DNA of 64,000 bases, taken from a virus. Lineage: Duplodnaviria > Caudoviricetes. The position numbers and the translations under genes were made by a program. Under the pieces are notes generated by a model. It was not told the DNA's origin, searched no databases, and saw only the letters and a list, made by a program, of their open reading frames with translations. Location of the stretch: positions 110,627-174,626 of IMG/VR virus record IMGVR_UViG_3300023048_000001. One strand, given 5' to 3'. How positions within the stretch are numbered: the stretch's first letter is position 1; each line of letters opens with the position of its first letter. Of this stretch, positions 38,932-49,784 are shown one piece after another.

Positions 38932-39207
38932 TTAGGATATTTTAGCTTGGTGTTCTCGCCAGAATCGTTTAAGGACTGCGGTTTCAGTTGGACAACCATC
39001 GTCTTCAACACATACCTTGTCAGCAACTTCAGGTGTTAACTCATTTAATGCCTGATATGTACGGGCTACTAGCCAACCTTGAAATCCAGCTTCGATTGCA
39101 AGATTAATATATGCACCATCAGCATTAACATTAAAATAATGTGCTTTATGTGCTGTATCAGCTTGATCTTGCATTGCTGCTTCAAACAGCTTACGTTCGT
39201 TGGACAT
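38932..39207 (-). CDS. hypothetical protein with shared 27-aa module
   Basis: Shares DKVCVEDDGCPTETAVLKRFWREHQAK with 37780..38157. Confidence 0.75.
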   Translation of the reverse strand: MSNERKLFEAAMQDQADTAHKAHYFNVNADGAYINLAIEAGFQGWLVARTYQALNELTPEVADKVCVEDDGCPTETAVLKRFWREHQAKIS

Positions 39208-39221
39208 ATAAATCCTGATAT

Positions 39222-39318
39222 TGATGCTAGGAAGAAGGGATTCGAACCCTTGGTTTGATGTTATCGCACATCCGCTCTTTAAGGCGGAACACTTTAATCC
39301 TCTCGGTCACTTCCCGCA
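39222..39318 (-). ncRNA. Ser-body tRNA-like RNA, 8-nt loop, bulged acceptor
   Basis: TCCGC-CTTAAAGA-GCGGA, long variable arm, AAGGG-TTCGAAT-CCCTT. Confidence 0.6.
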
Positions 39319-39325
39319 TATTAAC

Positions 39326-39400
39326 TGGTGCCCTGACGTGGTTATCCTCCACGGTTGCTTCCCTAAGCGGGAAGTGTTCTTATATCTAAACTATCAGGAC
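39326..39400 (-). ncRNA. tRNA-like RNA with non-canonical elbow
   Basis: GTCCTGA/TCAGGGC-A-CCA; T-loop AGGATAA; D-loop lacks GG; CTTCCC-GCTTA-GGGAAG. Confidence 0.7.
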
Positions 39401-39406
39401 TGAATT

Positions 39407-39481
39407 TGGTGGCTTGCCATGGTTATTCTCCACGGTCGTTCCTCTGAGTGAGGGTGCTTTAATTCATTAAGCTAGCAAGCC
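39407..39481 (-). ncRNA. tRNA-like RNA with non-canonical elbow
   Basis: GGCTTGC/GCAAGCC-A-CCA; T-loop AGAATAA; 5-nt anticodon loop. Confidence 0.7.
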
Positions 39482-39511
39482 ATAATATAGTACAATTTTT
39501 AAATCGTTAAA

Positions 39512-39832
39512 TCAAGCGTCTGATTCGTTGTCGGTTGTTTCGGTTGTGTTATCGGTCTCATAGAAACCAAGATCATCTAAGTAAACCAATGTTTCAGTCA
39601 CTCCACGCTCTGTGGCTGGTGTAACGTCTGTTGTGTTTTCTTCTTCGGATTCAGGAATTGAGAAGATAATTTTAATACATTCTTGTAGTAGATCGACATC
39701 AGTTGCACCGCATACTACTGCACCAGCTAATTGGGTAGCAATCTCATCGCGAACTTTCTTCTTAAACTTCAAACCGTTTACTTTTTCAATATTGTTAATA
39801 GATGCTTCAATTACAGTAGGAATAGCGTTCAT
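39512..39832 (-). CDS. hypothetical protein, acidic tail
   Basis: 106 aa. Confidence 0.65.
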   Translation of the reverse strand: MNAIPTVIEASINNIEKVNGLKFKKKVRDEIATQLAGAVVCGATDVDLLQECIKIIFSIPESEEENTTDVTPATERGVTETLVYLDDLGFYETDNTTETTDNESDA

Positions 39833-41511
39833 TTGTAACCTTGATTATGAATTAATGATACCAATCAACACCATTATTGTCAACAATATCTTCAGCTTTC
39901 TGCTTACTAATACGTTTGACACTTACATCTACAATGCTTTTAATCTCTTCGGCACGATGCTTTGCATACTGCAATGCTTCTTTAGCATTCTTGGATGACA
40001 GCACGATATCGGTCTGCAAGAAGCCATCATCAAACTTAAAAGTGACCTGAAAAGCCAGCATTAGTTTATCTCCGAAATGGTTTATGTGTCATCGCCATCA
40101 CGCTTAAGGCGAACACCCTGACCAAGAAGAATATACTCCATGATAGCGAGCCTTACAACACTTTTCATGGAATGATAGAAAAGACTTCCACATCCCTTGG
40201 TCATATAATTCAGTGCTTCATCACTTGCATACTGTTCCTGTTCAGGCGTAGCAATAGGAAGACTTTTGTAAGCGGTGTAATTAGGGTTCATTACTATTCC
40301 TTAGGTAGGTTTTTGCTGCTATCTAATAGGTCTTGGACACTAAGTAACACTGTTGCATCATTTACAAGGCTACTGTCCATGTTGGCACATAGTATCATTT
40401 CAGCTAGTTCTAATGCAATAGAATGACGAAGATTTTCATCCAGCTTCATCTTAACTCTGGACTCAATTTGATCAAGCGAGAAGATGAAGACTTCTGGATA
40501 TGCTCTATCCATTACCAGTATCTCGTAATTGTATCAATAGCATCAAATATACTGATTTCATGGATTAAACCAACCTGTTGGAATGATGAATAGCTTCATA
40601 AGCTCATCATGTTTTCTGGCCTTTTCAGCCTTCTCTTCATCAAGACGAGCTTTCAGATCAGTATATGTGATACTGAAAGGTAAATCAAGTTCACTTTTGA
40701 AATCCATTAAGAAATTATAGGGGCCATGATATCGATAATTACCAAAATACCTACCACCATACAGGATTGATTCATTATCTATAAGATGCATGATTAGACC
40801 TTGATAGAGAATTTCTTTATTTTACCGCACTTGGAACATTCCTTGATCCACCAATGTGAATCATAGAAATCCCATCCCATCTTACGGTCTTTCCCCTGCT
40901 TGAGTGTTTCACTATAACTGTGATCGCAGAGGCCTAGAATGTACTTCAAAAATAGCAACATAAATTACCTAAATTGATTTATATGTCAAAATTTTATGTT
41001 ATTAACGTGTTTCTTGACTTATAAGTCATCTGCCATAGCCATGGCTTGTTCAATACTCAATAACACATCACTATTGATTAATTCTTTTATATATGCGATT
41101 GCATCCTCATGCCCAAACACTTCACCGTATGGTGTATGAGTAGAAACAATCTTGCATGGGTCTTGATCCATCTTATCGTTGTTAACTAAATTTGTCCAGT
41201 CCATTATCTTTCCTGAATTAAAGAAAGGAGCCTAAAGGCTCCTTTCCATTACTTCTTTTTGCCCTTGGATTCGGACTTGTCCTTCTTCGGCTTTTCAGCC
41301 TTGGACTTGTTGAACTCAGGACCATTCAGCATGTCGCGCCAAACCTTCTTTTCGGCTGGCGAAGTTGCAGTGCGCAGATAGTGACGAACCTGCTTGATGG
41401 AAAGCTGTGCATCAAGTGGACCACGATAGTTCATATCAGAAAAAGCCATTTTGTATCCTTAGTTGTTTAGTGTTGTTGAAGATGATTAGTATATCGAATT
41501 TAAAGTAGATG

Positions 41512-41853
41512 TCAAACGTACTTATAAAACCCATCACTGGTACAGAAGTTAACGCCAGCACGGATCAATTCAAGAACATCATTAGTTGAAAGGGTTGCAA
41601 ACTTGAATTTGTCAACTTCGAAATAGATTTGATCATGTTCGGCAGCAGCAATGACATCTGCATTAGGACTCACTTTAACCTTGTCCAGAATAATTAATGC
41701 ATTAATAAATGCATGCGGATAATAGGTAAAGATATAATCTTCATCTTTACCATGAAGACTTTCGTTATTTTCAAAGAATTCTCCAATATAGACATCAATG
41801 GATTCTTCCTTGTCCCACTTATCACCTTCAAGCGTTTCAATATCAAGTAACAT
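41512..41853 (-). CDS. hypothetical protein
   Basis: 113 aa, DVIAAAEHDQIYF motif common in phages. Confidence 0.7.
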   Translation of the reverse strand: MLLDIETLEGDKWDKEESIDVYIGEFFENNESLHGKDEDYIFTYYPHAFINALIILDKVKVSPNADVIAAAEHDQIYFEVDKFKFATLSTNDVLELIRAGVNFCTSDGFYKYV

Positions 41854-41863
41854 GTTAGTTCCG

Positions 41864-43000
41864 TTATTCGGTTTCTGTTAGTTCGGGATCGTCGCCAATT
41901 CCGAACTCCTTATAATGCTTGATCATCCATGTCTTGTAGTCGTTCTCCTTCCCAAGGTAAAGGTTCATCGCAAGGCTGAAATACAGACGGTCTAGCTCTT
42001 TCTGTCCAGCAATCGCATAATCCTTTCTCTCTAGATCACTATTTGAATTATAGAACCCAACAACATACTTGTCAATATTGCGATAAATTGCCTTGACCTT
42101 GAGTTCCATTTCGTCAATGAGTTTGAGCATATATTCATCATACGAGAAGTTAGCACGGGCATCATCGTGGCCTTCGTTCACTACCACAATGAAGCGCTTC
42201 TTAGGTGAGTTAATATCATCCTTAAGATTGTGTAGTGAACAATACCAGTCAGTCTTGTGCTTCGTTAGAACACCCTCAACACCAATGATGTAGCCCTCTA
42301 CTCCCGTCTTTGCTGGAATTGAATCAACAAATGCTGGAACATCATCAACCTTATAGCTCTTTACCAAATAATCAAGAACAAGTGGATCAAATGAGACCAT
42401 TGTCATTACGACTTCATTATATGCCAGTACTTTACCATCATCACGATCACGAACATGGAGAACAGTCAGCTTATCTTCCTGATAAGGAAGAACAATACGG
42501 TGTACCGGCGAAGTCCATTCCAAAGAAACAGAGAATTTAGCCTGTTCCATGTATTCTAAATATTTTAGCAATCTATCATTTTCGCCATTGAACAAAAATT
42601 CCATGGCAGCATTTGCCTGCTCTGAAGCTAGCGATGTTTTGCTCTTCAGATATGTGTTTCCATGGATCATGTAAGTGGTCATAATGCTACCATCCATCTT
42701 ATCCATGACAATATCTGCCTTGGAGAAGTCGATGTCCATAACCAAAGGATTTTCCTTAAAATTAAAGAATTTTCGGGGTGGCAGGGAAGCCAGACGCTTC
42801 ATACGTCCATCTTCCATTTCAAACATGATACCACGAGCCTCAAGAGCCGAAGGCTTCAGGAAGTCGCTATAGGAAGCTAGACGATAGTTGAACACACGGA
42901 AGGTAACACCTTCCATCTGATGTTCTACGATATAAAATGGTGAGTCAGGAGCATGAATAAGCTCCATCAACTCATCATATAGAGTTGATTCATAATGCAT
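41864..43000 (-). CDS. rnlA: RNA ligase 1 (T4 Rnl1 family)
   Basis: FNYRLASYSDF, EARGIMFE, KFFN, motif I KMDGS, LKSK, EGY, KTDWY. Confidence 0.92.
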   Translation of the reverse strand: MHYESTLYDELMELIHAPDSPFYIVEHQMEGVTFRVFNYRLASYSDFLKPSALEARGIMFEMEDGRMKRLASLPPRKFFNFKENPLVMDIDFSKADIVMDKMDGSIMTTYMIHGNTYLKSKTSLASEQANAAMEFLFNGENDRLLKYLEYMEQAKFSVSLEWTSPVHRIVLPYQEDKLTVLHVRDRDDGKVLAYNEVVMTMVSFDPLVLDYLVKSYKVDDVPAFVDSIPAKTGVEGYIIGVEGVLTKHKTDWYCSLHNLKDDINSPKKRFIVVVNEGHDDARANFSYDEYMLKLIDEMELKVKAIYRNIDKYVVGFYNSNSDLERKDYAIAGQKELDRLYFSLAMNLYLGKENDYKTWMIKHYKEFGIGDDPELTETE

Positions 43001-43649
43001 GATTTGATTCCTTTCAGGAATTTTAATTAAAGGGTTGGGGTAGTGATCGGCGGTGGCGGTACGAGATTAATCCATGACTTACCGAAATCTTCAAGTGGAT
43101 TAACGCCAAAGCTCAGATGGCGATTGGAAGTTCCAACATTTGAGAATGTTGCCTTATGGCTTTCAGCGCTTACACAGAAAGCATTCAAGCGCATAAGATG
43201 CGCGAGCTTCTTGGTAAGTTTCTCAAATTTGGGCTTGGGAACAAACTTGGTGTTGCTCAGGTAAGTAGTAATTTCCTGATGCTTCTTGACCACATAGCGG
43301 TTCAGATCGATAACGTTAGACATATGAGATATAGCCTTGATAGAAAGTAATAAAAGGGACCACCAAACCCAAATACAGTTAATGACATCATCACTGCAAA
43401 TAGGAACCAAAGAACAGAATCAATTTTCTTCATGGGGGTATCCCGGCTATGCTAATATTTAGCAAGAATACTCAGTAAAGATCGTCATCCTTAGGATATT
43501 TTTCCTCATGTTCGACGCCAACATTTACAATAAATGTCGGAATAGCTACAAATAGGATGAAAGCTCCTAGGTACCACAGAAAGAATGTAAGCATAATGTA
43601 TTATCATCCGTAATGCAATCGTTGTCTTTGTAGATGCAGCACAAACCTA

Positions 43650-44057
43650 TTACAATAAATTCCATAGAATTACATTATAATAATCAGACCAATCCTTAGC
43701 TTGATCTGGAATTTGAGGGAATTTATTTGAACGTTTTATTTCATCGCCCTTTTCCAAAGCTTTATAAGCCTTCTTAATTAACTTATACATCTTCTTGCAT
43801 TTTTCTTGATCATAATAATCATTGAGGTTCATCAGGCCGCTACTGGCGATGGATTTAGCACTAGTTAATCCGGTACTGTATGATGCGGTAACAACAATAA
43901 ATTCATCGAATTCTTTCATAACTTTAACTGAAAGATTTTCATTAATATCTACTATATAATAATTTAAATGACTAGAATAGGAAATCCAACGCCATGAACC
44001 ACTCATGACTTTGTAGTAGAGCATATCTATTCCAGAATTTTCAGTGATCATATCCAA
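43650..44057 (-). CDS. hypothetical protein
   Basis: 135 aa. Confidence 0.65.
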   Translation of the reverse strand: MDMITENSGIDMLYYKVMSGSWRWISYSSHLNYYIVDINENLSVKVMKEFDEFIVVTASYSTGLTSAKSIASSGLMNLNDYYDQEKCKKMYKLIKKAYKALEKGDEIKRSNKFPQIPDQAKDWSDYYNVILWNLL

Positions 44058-44410
44058 ATTTTTCCATCTTTGAGTTTTACATTTTTAGATTCATGAACAG
44101 GACTTCCCGTGTTCACATCGATGAATGTGTCACCGTGATAAGGATTATAGCGAACTTGAGTGTTAAATACATCCTTGTAGATGTTTCTAAATGCATCAGT
44201 ATCGATGGGTTTGATATATCTGTCACATACCACATAGGCATGAACATTTTTATGTTTGGTTCTCAACACCTTCTGGCGGCCAACTTCATACACTTTAAAT
44301 GAAACATTATGAGCATATAGTTCGTCCAGATGTGCAATCACCTTCCCGCGATATTTCACAGAGAAGGTGTTTTTATGCAGGTTTCTATAAATGTAGAATT
44401 TAGCGGACAT
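44048..44410 (-). CDS. conserved phage hypothetical protein
   Basis: YRNLHK..FSVK..GKVIAH, GRQKVL...KNVHAYV, YNPY. Confidence 0.75.
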   Translation of the reverse strand: MSAKFYIYRNLHKNTFSVKYRGKVIAHLDELYAHNVSFKVYEVGRQKVLRTKHKNVHAYVVCDRYIKPIDTDAFRNIYKDVFNTQVRYNPYHGDTFIDVNTGSPVHESKNVKLKDGKIWI

Positions 44411-44591
44411 CAATTCAATTTCTTTACCTGACCGCAATGGGTGCAGTAAATACGTGCCAGACGGATGTTATATGGATAAATGTATTCAAGTGTTGATTTT
44501 CACTCGTTTAGTGAAATCCTGATCAACATGCTTTACAAATTCATGTTTGCAGAACCAGCTTCTAATAAGATTGATCATAAAATTCTCAAAT

Positions 44592-44738
44592 TGGTGGAGC
44601 ATTAACGATTCGAACGTCATCAGCCCTACCACCTCTGATACGTCATGGACAGTAGTACTCCTGACACCATCATCTTTATCAGTCAGTTTCAAGGGCGGCG
44701 GTTTAATGTCGCTGGGTTTTCCAATTCCCTATTACTCC
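44592..44738 (-). ncRNA. expanded tRNA-like RNA (147 nt)
   Basis: GGAGTA/TGCTCC-A-CCA, D-arm GGG-AATTGGAAAA-CCC, branched variable domain closed by GCCCT/AGGGC, T-arm TTCGAAT. Confidence 0.7.
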
Positions 44739-44746
44739 AAAACTTT

Positions 44747-44871
44747 GCTTTCGGAAGGATTCGAACCTTCTTGTCCATTCCTCAGGATAAGCTCAGCCTT
44801 AACAATTATGTTCCACGGAATCGAACCGTGAGCCTTATCTTTTCGGGTCGGTCCCCTAGAGTTTCGAAAGC
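44747..44871 (-). ncRNA. tRNA-like RNA with two T-arms
   Basis: GCTTTCG/CGAAAGC; inner CACGG-TTCGATT-CCGTG inside GATAAG/CTTATC; outer GAAGG-TTCGAAT-CCTTC. Confidence 0.7.
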
Positions 44872-44877
44872 ATAAAT

Positions 44878-44996
44878 TGGCAGATGTGGATGGATTCGAA
44901 CCACCGACAGCTATGTCATATTGTCCATTCCTATACGGGAGGACTCAACATTATGCACCTCTCCACGAGGCCACTCTTCCACTGAGTTACACATCT
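44878..44996 (-). ncRNA. expanded tRNA-like RNA (119 nt)
   Basis: AGATGTG/CACATCT-G-CCA, canonical D and T arms, 5-nt anticodon loop, ~48-nt variable hairpin. Confidence 0.75.
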
Positions 44997-45412
44997 AAAA
45001 CTTATTGTGGCATATCCTTTACCACGTTATCCCAAGAATCTCCGTCCGGGTAAACGATATTATCATCTATATCGTCATCATTAATCAAGCCCAACTTTTG
45101 TTTTAATTCAGTAGGATCGATTTCAGGATTATGGTCAATGATAAATTCTTTAATCATTTCTTCATGGTTGTCTCCACCTAACTGTAACAGAAAGGCGAGG
45201 AAACTTACATCTACATAAACTATTTGCATCATTATTTCTCTGGATAAATTAATTCACCAATCCAATCATCACCGGGACTTGAAAATGATCCACCCATACC
45301 TTTAGGTCCATTCCACTTCCAGAAGCCGCTTTCCATCTTATACCAGTAACCATCCTTAGTTGGTGCTTTAGTCCCTACTGGTGCAGCTTGAAGAAGGCTC
45401 CATGTCACCATG

Positions 45413-45805
45413 TTATTCATCCAGCTTTGCACCCACATATACATTACGGTCTGCAATTTTAAATCCACGGACATCGCTGTTTTCAAGGCCAATGTCAATG
45501 TTTATCATAAATCTAAGACCAGCGGGGAGAAATCTTTCGCCCATAGCGTAAGCTAGGTCGTTGTGATTAACAACAAAATGCTTTCTTGGGTCCAACGCCG
45601 AAATAACGATATATGCCTTTCCACTATCAACATAATCTAGTCGTGCAACAGTCCTGTAGATATGCGATTGTGTAGCGTGATTCATAGCTGCAACGTAACC
45701 GGTTGCATAGGCTAGCTGGGACTCAAGATCATCTGGATAGAGGGCCTTACCATAGGTAATAGAACGCTTGATGATATCTTCCGCTTCAAAAGTCTTATCC
45801 GACAT
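45413..45805 (-). CDS. hypothetical protein
   Basis: 130 aa in operon. Confidence 0.65.
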   Translation of the reverse strand: MSDKTFEAEDIIKRSITYGKALYPDDLESQLAYATGYVAAMNHATQSHIYRTVARLDYVDSGKAYIVISALDPRKHFVVNHNDLAYAMGERFLPAGLRFMINIDIGLENSDVRGFKIADRNVYVGAKLDE

Positions 45806-46157
45806 TTATTTTATCCTTATTCAGAACCATGTACGTATGTGCAGAATTCCAATATCTTGAAATACTATTTGTTCGTTTAAGAATCAAATAGCCTTCCTTA
45901 ACCATCTTACACAGATGCTTATACCTAGGCTCATTTGTATTTGTTTTAGGAAATCCTTCACTATTAACACGCATGTTTCCATACGTGCCTTCAAGGATTT
46001 GTTTAATCAAATTATCACGATAGTCTGCGTATGAGACTCTAGGCTCTATAGGGTCATCAAATCTATACTGATACACAGCAATCTTGCCGCTTTCCCTTCG
46101 CTTAGGCATACGAAGATTGATCTTTTGAATTTGGGTCAGGTATCTACTTCTTGACAT
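45795..46157 (-). CDS. hypothetical protein
   Basis: 120 aa in operon. Confidence 0.65.
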   Translation of the reverse strand: MSRSRYLTQIQKINLRMPKRRESGKIAVYQYRFDDPIEPRVSYADYRDNLIKQILEGTYGNMRVNSEGFPKTNTNEPRYKHLCKMVKEGYLILKRTNSISRYWNSAHTYMVLNKDKINVG

Positions 46158-46165
46158 GTTATTCC

Positions 46166-47359
46166 TTAATAATTACTCATTCTAGTAACAATATTATACT
46201 GGAATGCCCACTTGTCAACCATATTACTCTCATGGTTAGTAGCTGCACGATTAGCACGACCGCGAACCTGTGTGATTCGACGCGATACGTTATTCATTTG
46301 AATTGTCAGGTGACGCTTCTCAACACCAGTTGCATTATATGACTTAACGGACCAGATGGAAGTGGTTCCGCTCTTGCACATATCACGATAAGAATAAACA
46401 CAATGACGCATAGATGTACCTTCAGCCGCAAGTACTTTGGCAGTCTTGATCTGTGTGAATGTCCACCTACGAACGTTCTTCTGATCATCCTTGAATTCGA
46501 ATTCATAGTCAGGCAAATCAATACCTTCCCAAGAATGATCACCCATCACCTTGACACGAGCAAGCTCATAGTGCCAATCCTTCATTTTGTTATGAAGAGT
46601 CTTGATGGTGTAGTTCTTACCCAATGGTGTGAAGTTCAAGATACGGTTAAATTCAGCCCAAAGATAATCGAGAAGATCATTAGTCTTTTCGATGCTATCA
46701 GGTGCATGCATGGAGAAGAATTGAATAACTTCACGCCAGAACTTACCAGAAAGCTCTACGTTGAGCTTCTTCTGATTGAGCTTAGACTTAGCCAGTCTTA
46801 GTGCAACACCGATGCTAGCGCCATAGGAGAGTGCCACAGAGTAGATAACAGCTTCTTCGGGTGTTATGTCATGTGGACAAGTACTGAAAACATGGATTTC
46901 CTTCTTTGTCAGGAAATCCTTGCAGTATTCCCTGTACAGCGAACCACCGCTGGCGAGACAAATCCACCAAGCCCTGAAGTTGTAGAGCGTCTGCTCTTTA
47001 CGCAAAGCAACTTCATTGACAGCGTTACGGCGGCGACGATGGTTTTCATTGTAAGTATGTACTTTTGTAGCAGGAGGATGCTGGTACCATGCAAAATCAA
47101 GGAAGCTAGGAACACGGAACTTCCCGAAGGTGTACTTCAGGAATTCCATCTTCAGCTTTTGGACATCCGAAGACTTCGACTTGGTAGTGAAGAGGTTCGG
47201 ATTATTGACAATCTTGTCTTCGAAACCGGCAGGCACGATTTTCCCATAATCAGGAACATACTTGGTCTTGACTGATCTGATAGCAGTATCAGTCAAGCGC
47301 TGGCGGAACTTGGCTTCGTCTTCTGCGGAATATTCAATTTTCTTTAGTTGCTTAGCCAT
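46166..47359 (-). CDS. PcfJ-like domain protein
   Basis: LAAEGTSMRHCVYSY...TIQM...QVRGRANR. Confidence 0.85.
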   Translation of the reverse strand: MAKQLKKIEYSAEDEAKFRQRLTDTAIRSVKTKYVPDYGKIVPAGFEDKIVNNPNLFTTKSKSSDVQKLKMEFLKYTFGKFRVPSFLDFAWYQHPPATKVHTYNENHRRRRNAVNEVALRKEQTLYNFRAWWICLASGGSLYREYCKDFLTKKEIHVFSTCPHDITPEEAVIYSVALSYGASIGVALRLAKSKLNQKKLNVELSGKFWREVIQFFSMHAPDSIEKTNDLLDYLWAEFNRILNFTPLGKNYTIKTLHNKMKDWHYELARVKVMGDHSWEGIDLPDYEFEFKDDQKNVRRWTFTQIKTAKVLAAEGTSMRHCVYSYRDMCKSGTTSIWSVKSYNATGVEKRHLTIQMNNVSRRITQVRGRANRAATNHESNMVDKWAFQYNIVTRMSNY

Positions 47360-48497
47360 ATCATTCCTATAAAATTTACTGTGCAGCCGCCATTGCCGCT
47401 GCTAGAACACGACGCCATGATGTGAAGTTGATACCATAAAAACTAGCATCAATTGCTCCACGTTCTGCGGCCTCTTCCTCGCCTCGCTGCCAACGCTGTA
47501 GAGCGTAGGTTATGACCATGATGGTGCATTCATCCTCATAACCACAAACCTTCAATTCCTCAAGGCCTGCTGCGATATCGACATTATCCAGATTCACACC
47601 CGGAGTACCATGATGACTATCAGTAAACTGTGCGCGCATGATGATTAACCCGGAAAGACGTAGTGACCAGCGGAATAGCAAATATTTGAGTCGAAATCAG
47701 GACGATCTTCATCATGTTCCATGGTCTGTTCATACTCGTCTCCCTGAATGAAATAAAGGTCAGGAAGATCACCACCAAAATCTGTAGTTGCACTGTAGTT
47801 ACCTTCATAAAGTTGATCATTGAACAAAGCAGTAATCTCTTCGCGTTTGCTGCTATAGTCAACGCCAATAGCATCCTTGATATCAGTGATAACTTGGTCA
47901 GCTTCGTAGTGGCAGTCAGATACAGACATGATAATTTCCAGTTAATTTGGTTTAGATGATTTAGACGATTTAATACGATAGAAAATGTCGATGGGGACAA
48001 TGATAAACCAAACAAATGAATTAAACATCATAGTAGCTGTCATTATCTTTAAACACAGCTTATCAATATCTTCGATTGACATGTTTTGGGTCAACATATT
48101 ACTTTTAAAAGTAATATAACTATTGTTATTAATTCGAAGAGCCATGATTTCTTCTTTACAGATGAGGAAGAGCATAAAATAAACAAATGCTCCGCCAAAA
48201 TAAATCATTAATAGAGTACTCATATTATTACCTTTGATGGGAAGCTATTATAGTAATTTAATTACTTAACATCAAGCCCAATTTATGAAAAGATCAAGCT
48301 GTTTGACACCTTCAACATTACACAGAACAATAGTAGGTGGCTGATTCGGATCACGAAAATGATATTGAATCCACATATCAGTTACGAGGGTATATTTGTT
48401 CCTTTTTTCTTCAGAAAAAGTAACTTCAATATCACCAGATAGTTCCTGACATTGTTTGAGTTCTTCAATCAGTTTTGAGATTTTCATAATCTACCTG

Positions 48498-48842
48498 TTA
48501 GATTTTAGGCTTCTTAACTGGAACTAGTGGAATGTCAAGTGCCTTTTCAGCAGCACGCTTGATGTCTCTTGCGAGATATCCTAACTTATAAAGAGCCGAA
48601 CCGATATTGATAAACGGAAGGACTGCAATGATTGCACGACCTACCAGAGTACCAATCTTGATCTTAGGTGTGTAACCCTTAGACAGACCATTGAGGTAAT
48701 CAGTACGAGCTTCAATATCCAGCTTATATTCTGTGATAGACGTTGCAAGGAACGCTAGTGCAGAGATAAAAAGTGGAACAAAGTAAAAATATAGAACGTT
48801 GTTCTGTGCAAAAGAAAATAGGGTTTCTAGATATATATTCAT
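48498..48842 (-). CDS. membrane protein
   Basis: Two TM segments. Confidence 0.65.
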   Translation of the reverse strand: MNIYLETLFSFAQNNVLYFYFVPLFISALAFLATSITEYKLDIEARTDYLNGLSKGYTPKIKIGTLVGRAIIAVLPFINIGSALYKLGYLARDIKRAAEKALDIPLVPVKKPKI

Positions 48843-49098
48843 TTTATTCCTTAATTATTTGGTTAAGTCTTGCTGGCATCCAGAATGGTACTTCAGGAAT
48901 TACAGTTGTAAAACCACCACCAACACGAACTACACAATCTCCATCGGCATGGTACTTACCAATGTGAAGCTGTCTGAATGGTTCAAACAAATATACAATC
49001 ATTTGCTGATCTTCAGGACGAGTTTCGATAGGAATCCAACGTGGCATGTCTTGAACTGTAAGCTCGTTCATAATTATCCTAAATGCATGATGGGTGGA

Positions 49099-49391
49099 TG
49101 AAGTGATGTTATGGTGTGCTGTTACGCCAAATGCTCTAAGGGTCTTACTGTATATCTTGCCTTATCATATCCCTTACTTTCCGGCAATTTCTTTAAGGTC
49201 TAGGGCTTCGCCCCCAAACCAAATTCAGTAAACAGTGCTTGTTCTTCCCCTGAAGTTATACGTCCCCATGCTGGGATTGCTAGGGTATCGGTTCCTTCTT
49301 GCAACTCATTATAGGAATCAATCAACTTAGTTGATTGACCGAACTTACGTTCTGGCTGCCTCTAAGCCAACCTCCCATAACAACTACTTCA
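49099..49391 (-). ncRNA. orphan ~295-nt structured RNA
   Basis: Promoter TTGACT-N17-TATCAT immediately upstream; 5' TGAAGTAGTTGTTATGG pairs with 3' CCATAACATCACTTCA; many internal hairpins. Confidence 0.65.
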
Positions 49392-49433
49392 AGCCGTCAT
49401 GATACTGGCTTTATAAATCTCAGTCAATACAAT

Positions 49434-49700
49434 AAAAAAACCCGACCTTATATCCGTAGATACAGTGGATCGGGCCGTGTTATTGGTTGTAACCTTTGGT
49501 TCCCTGATGAGAGGTTCCGAGCGGGTAGGTTACGATAGCGCTTACACGCATTTGGTTGTGACTTTACTAACTTTCCCTGCGCATGATATCGAGGAAAGAC
49601 CCGCCGTCACGAAAATGTATTATACTCAGCTTCGGGATGGTCTGTGTAGGCTGGACCGAGCTTCAACGGTATAAATTGTTTATGATGGTTGAACATCGTG
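49434..49700 (-). ncRNA. putative structured RNA ending in terminator
   Basis: GCGGGT/ACCCGC, CTTTCC/GGAAAG, GTAACCT/AGGTTAC; CCCGA...TCGGG-T7. Confidence 0.45.
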
Positions 49701-49705
49701 GGGTT

Positions 49706-49778
49706 TGGAAGCGGGGTTTGGAATCGAACCATTTTAGTTCCGTAGCTTATGAGGCTAGGTCACACCTTGCTCCCCGCA
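49706..49778 (-). ncRNA. initiator-like (CAT) tRNA with degenerate D-arm
   Basis: GCGGGG/CCCCGC, TAGC-CTCATAA-GCTA, TGG-TTCGATT-CCA, CCA end. Confidence 0.6.
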
Positions 49779-49784
49779 ATAATT

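Noticed and set aside
44486-44875. ORFs overlapping the tRNA-like trio (also 13..216, 49335..50232, 51637..52132)
   Set aside because: They overlap RNAs with clear acceptor, T-arm or closing stems and lack RBS or protein motifs.
49490-49620. Plus-strand hammerhead at CTGATGA (49504)
   Set aside because: No stem II pairing adjacent to the downstream GAAA and no stem I/III geometry.
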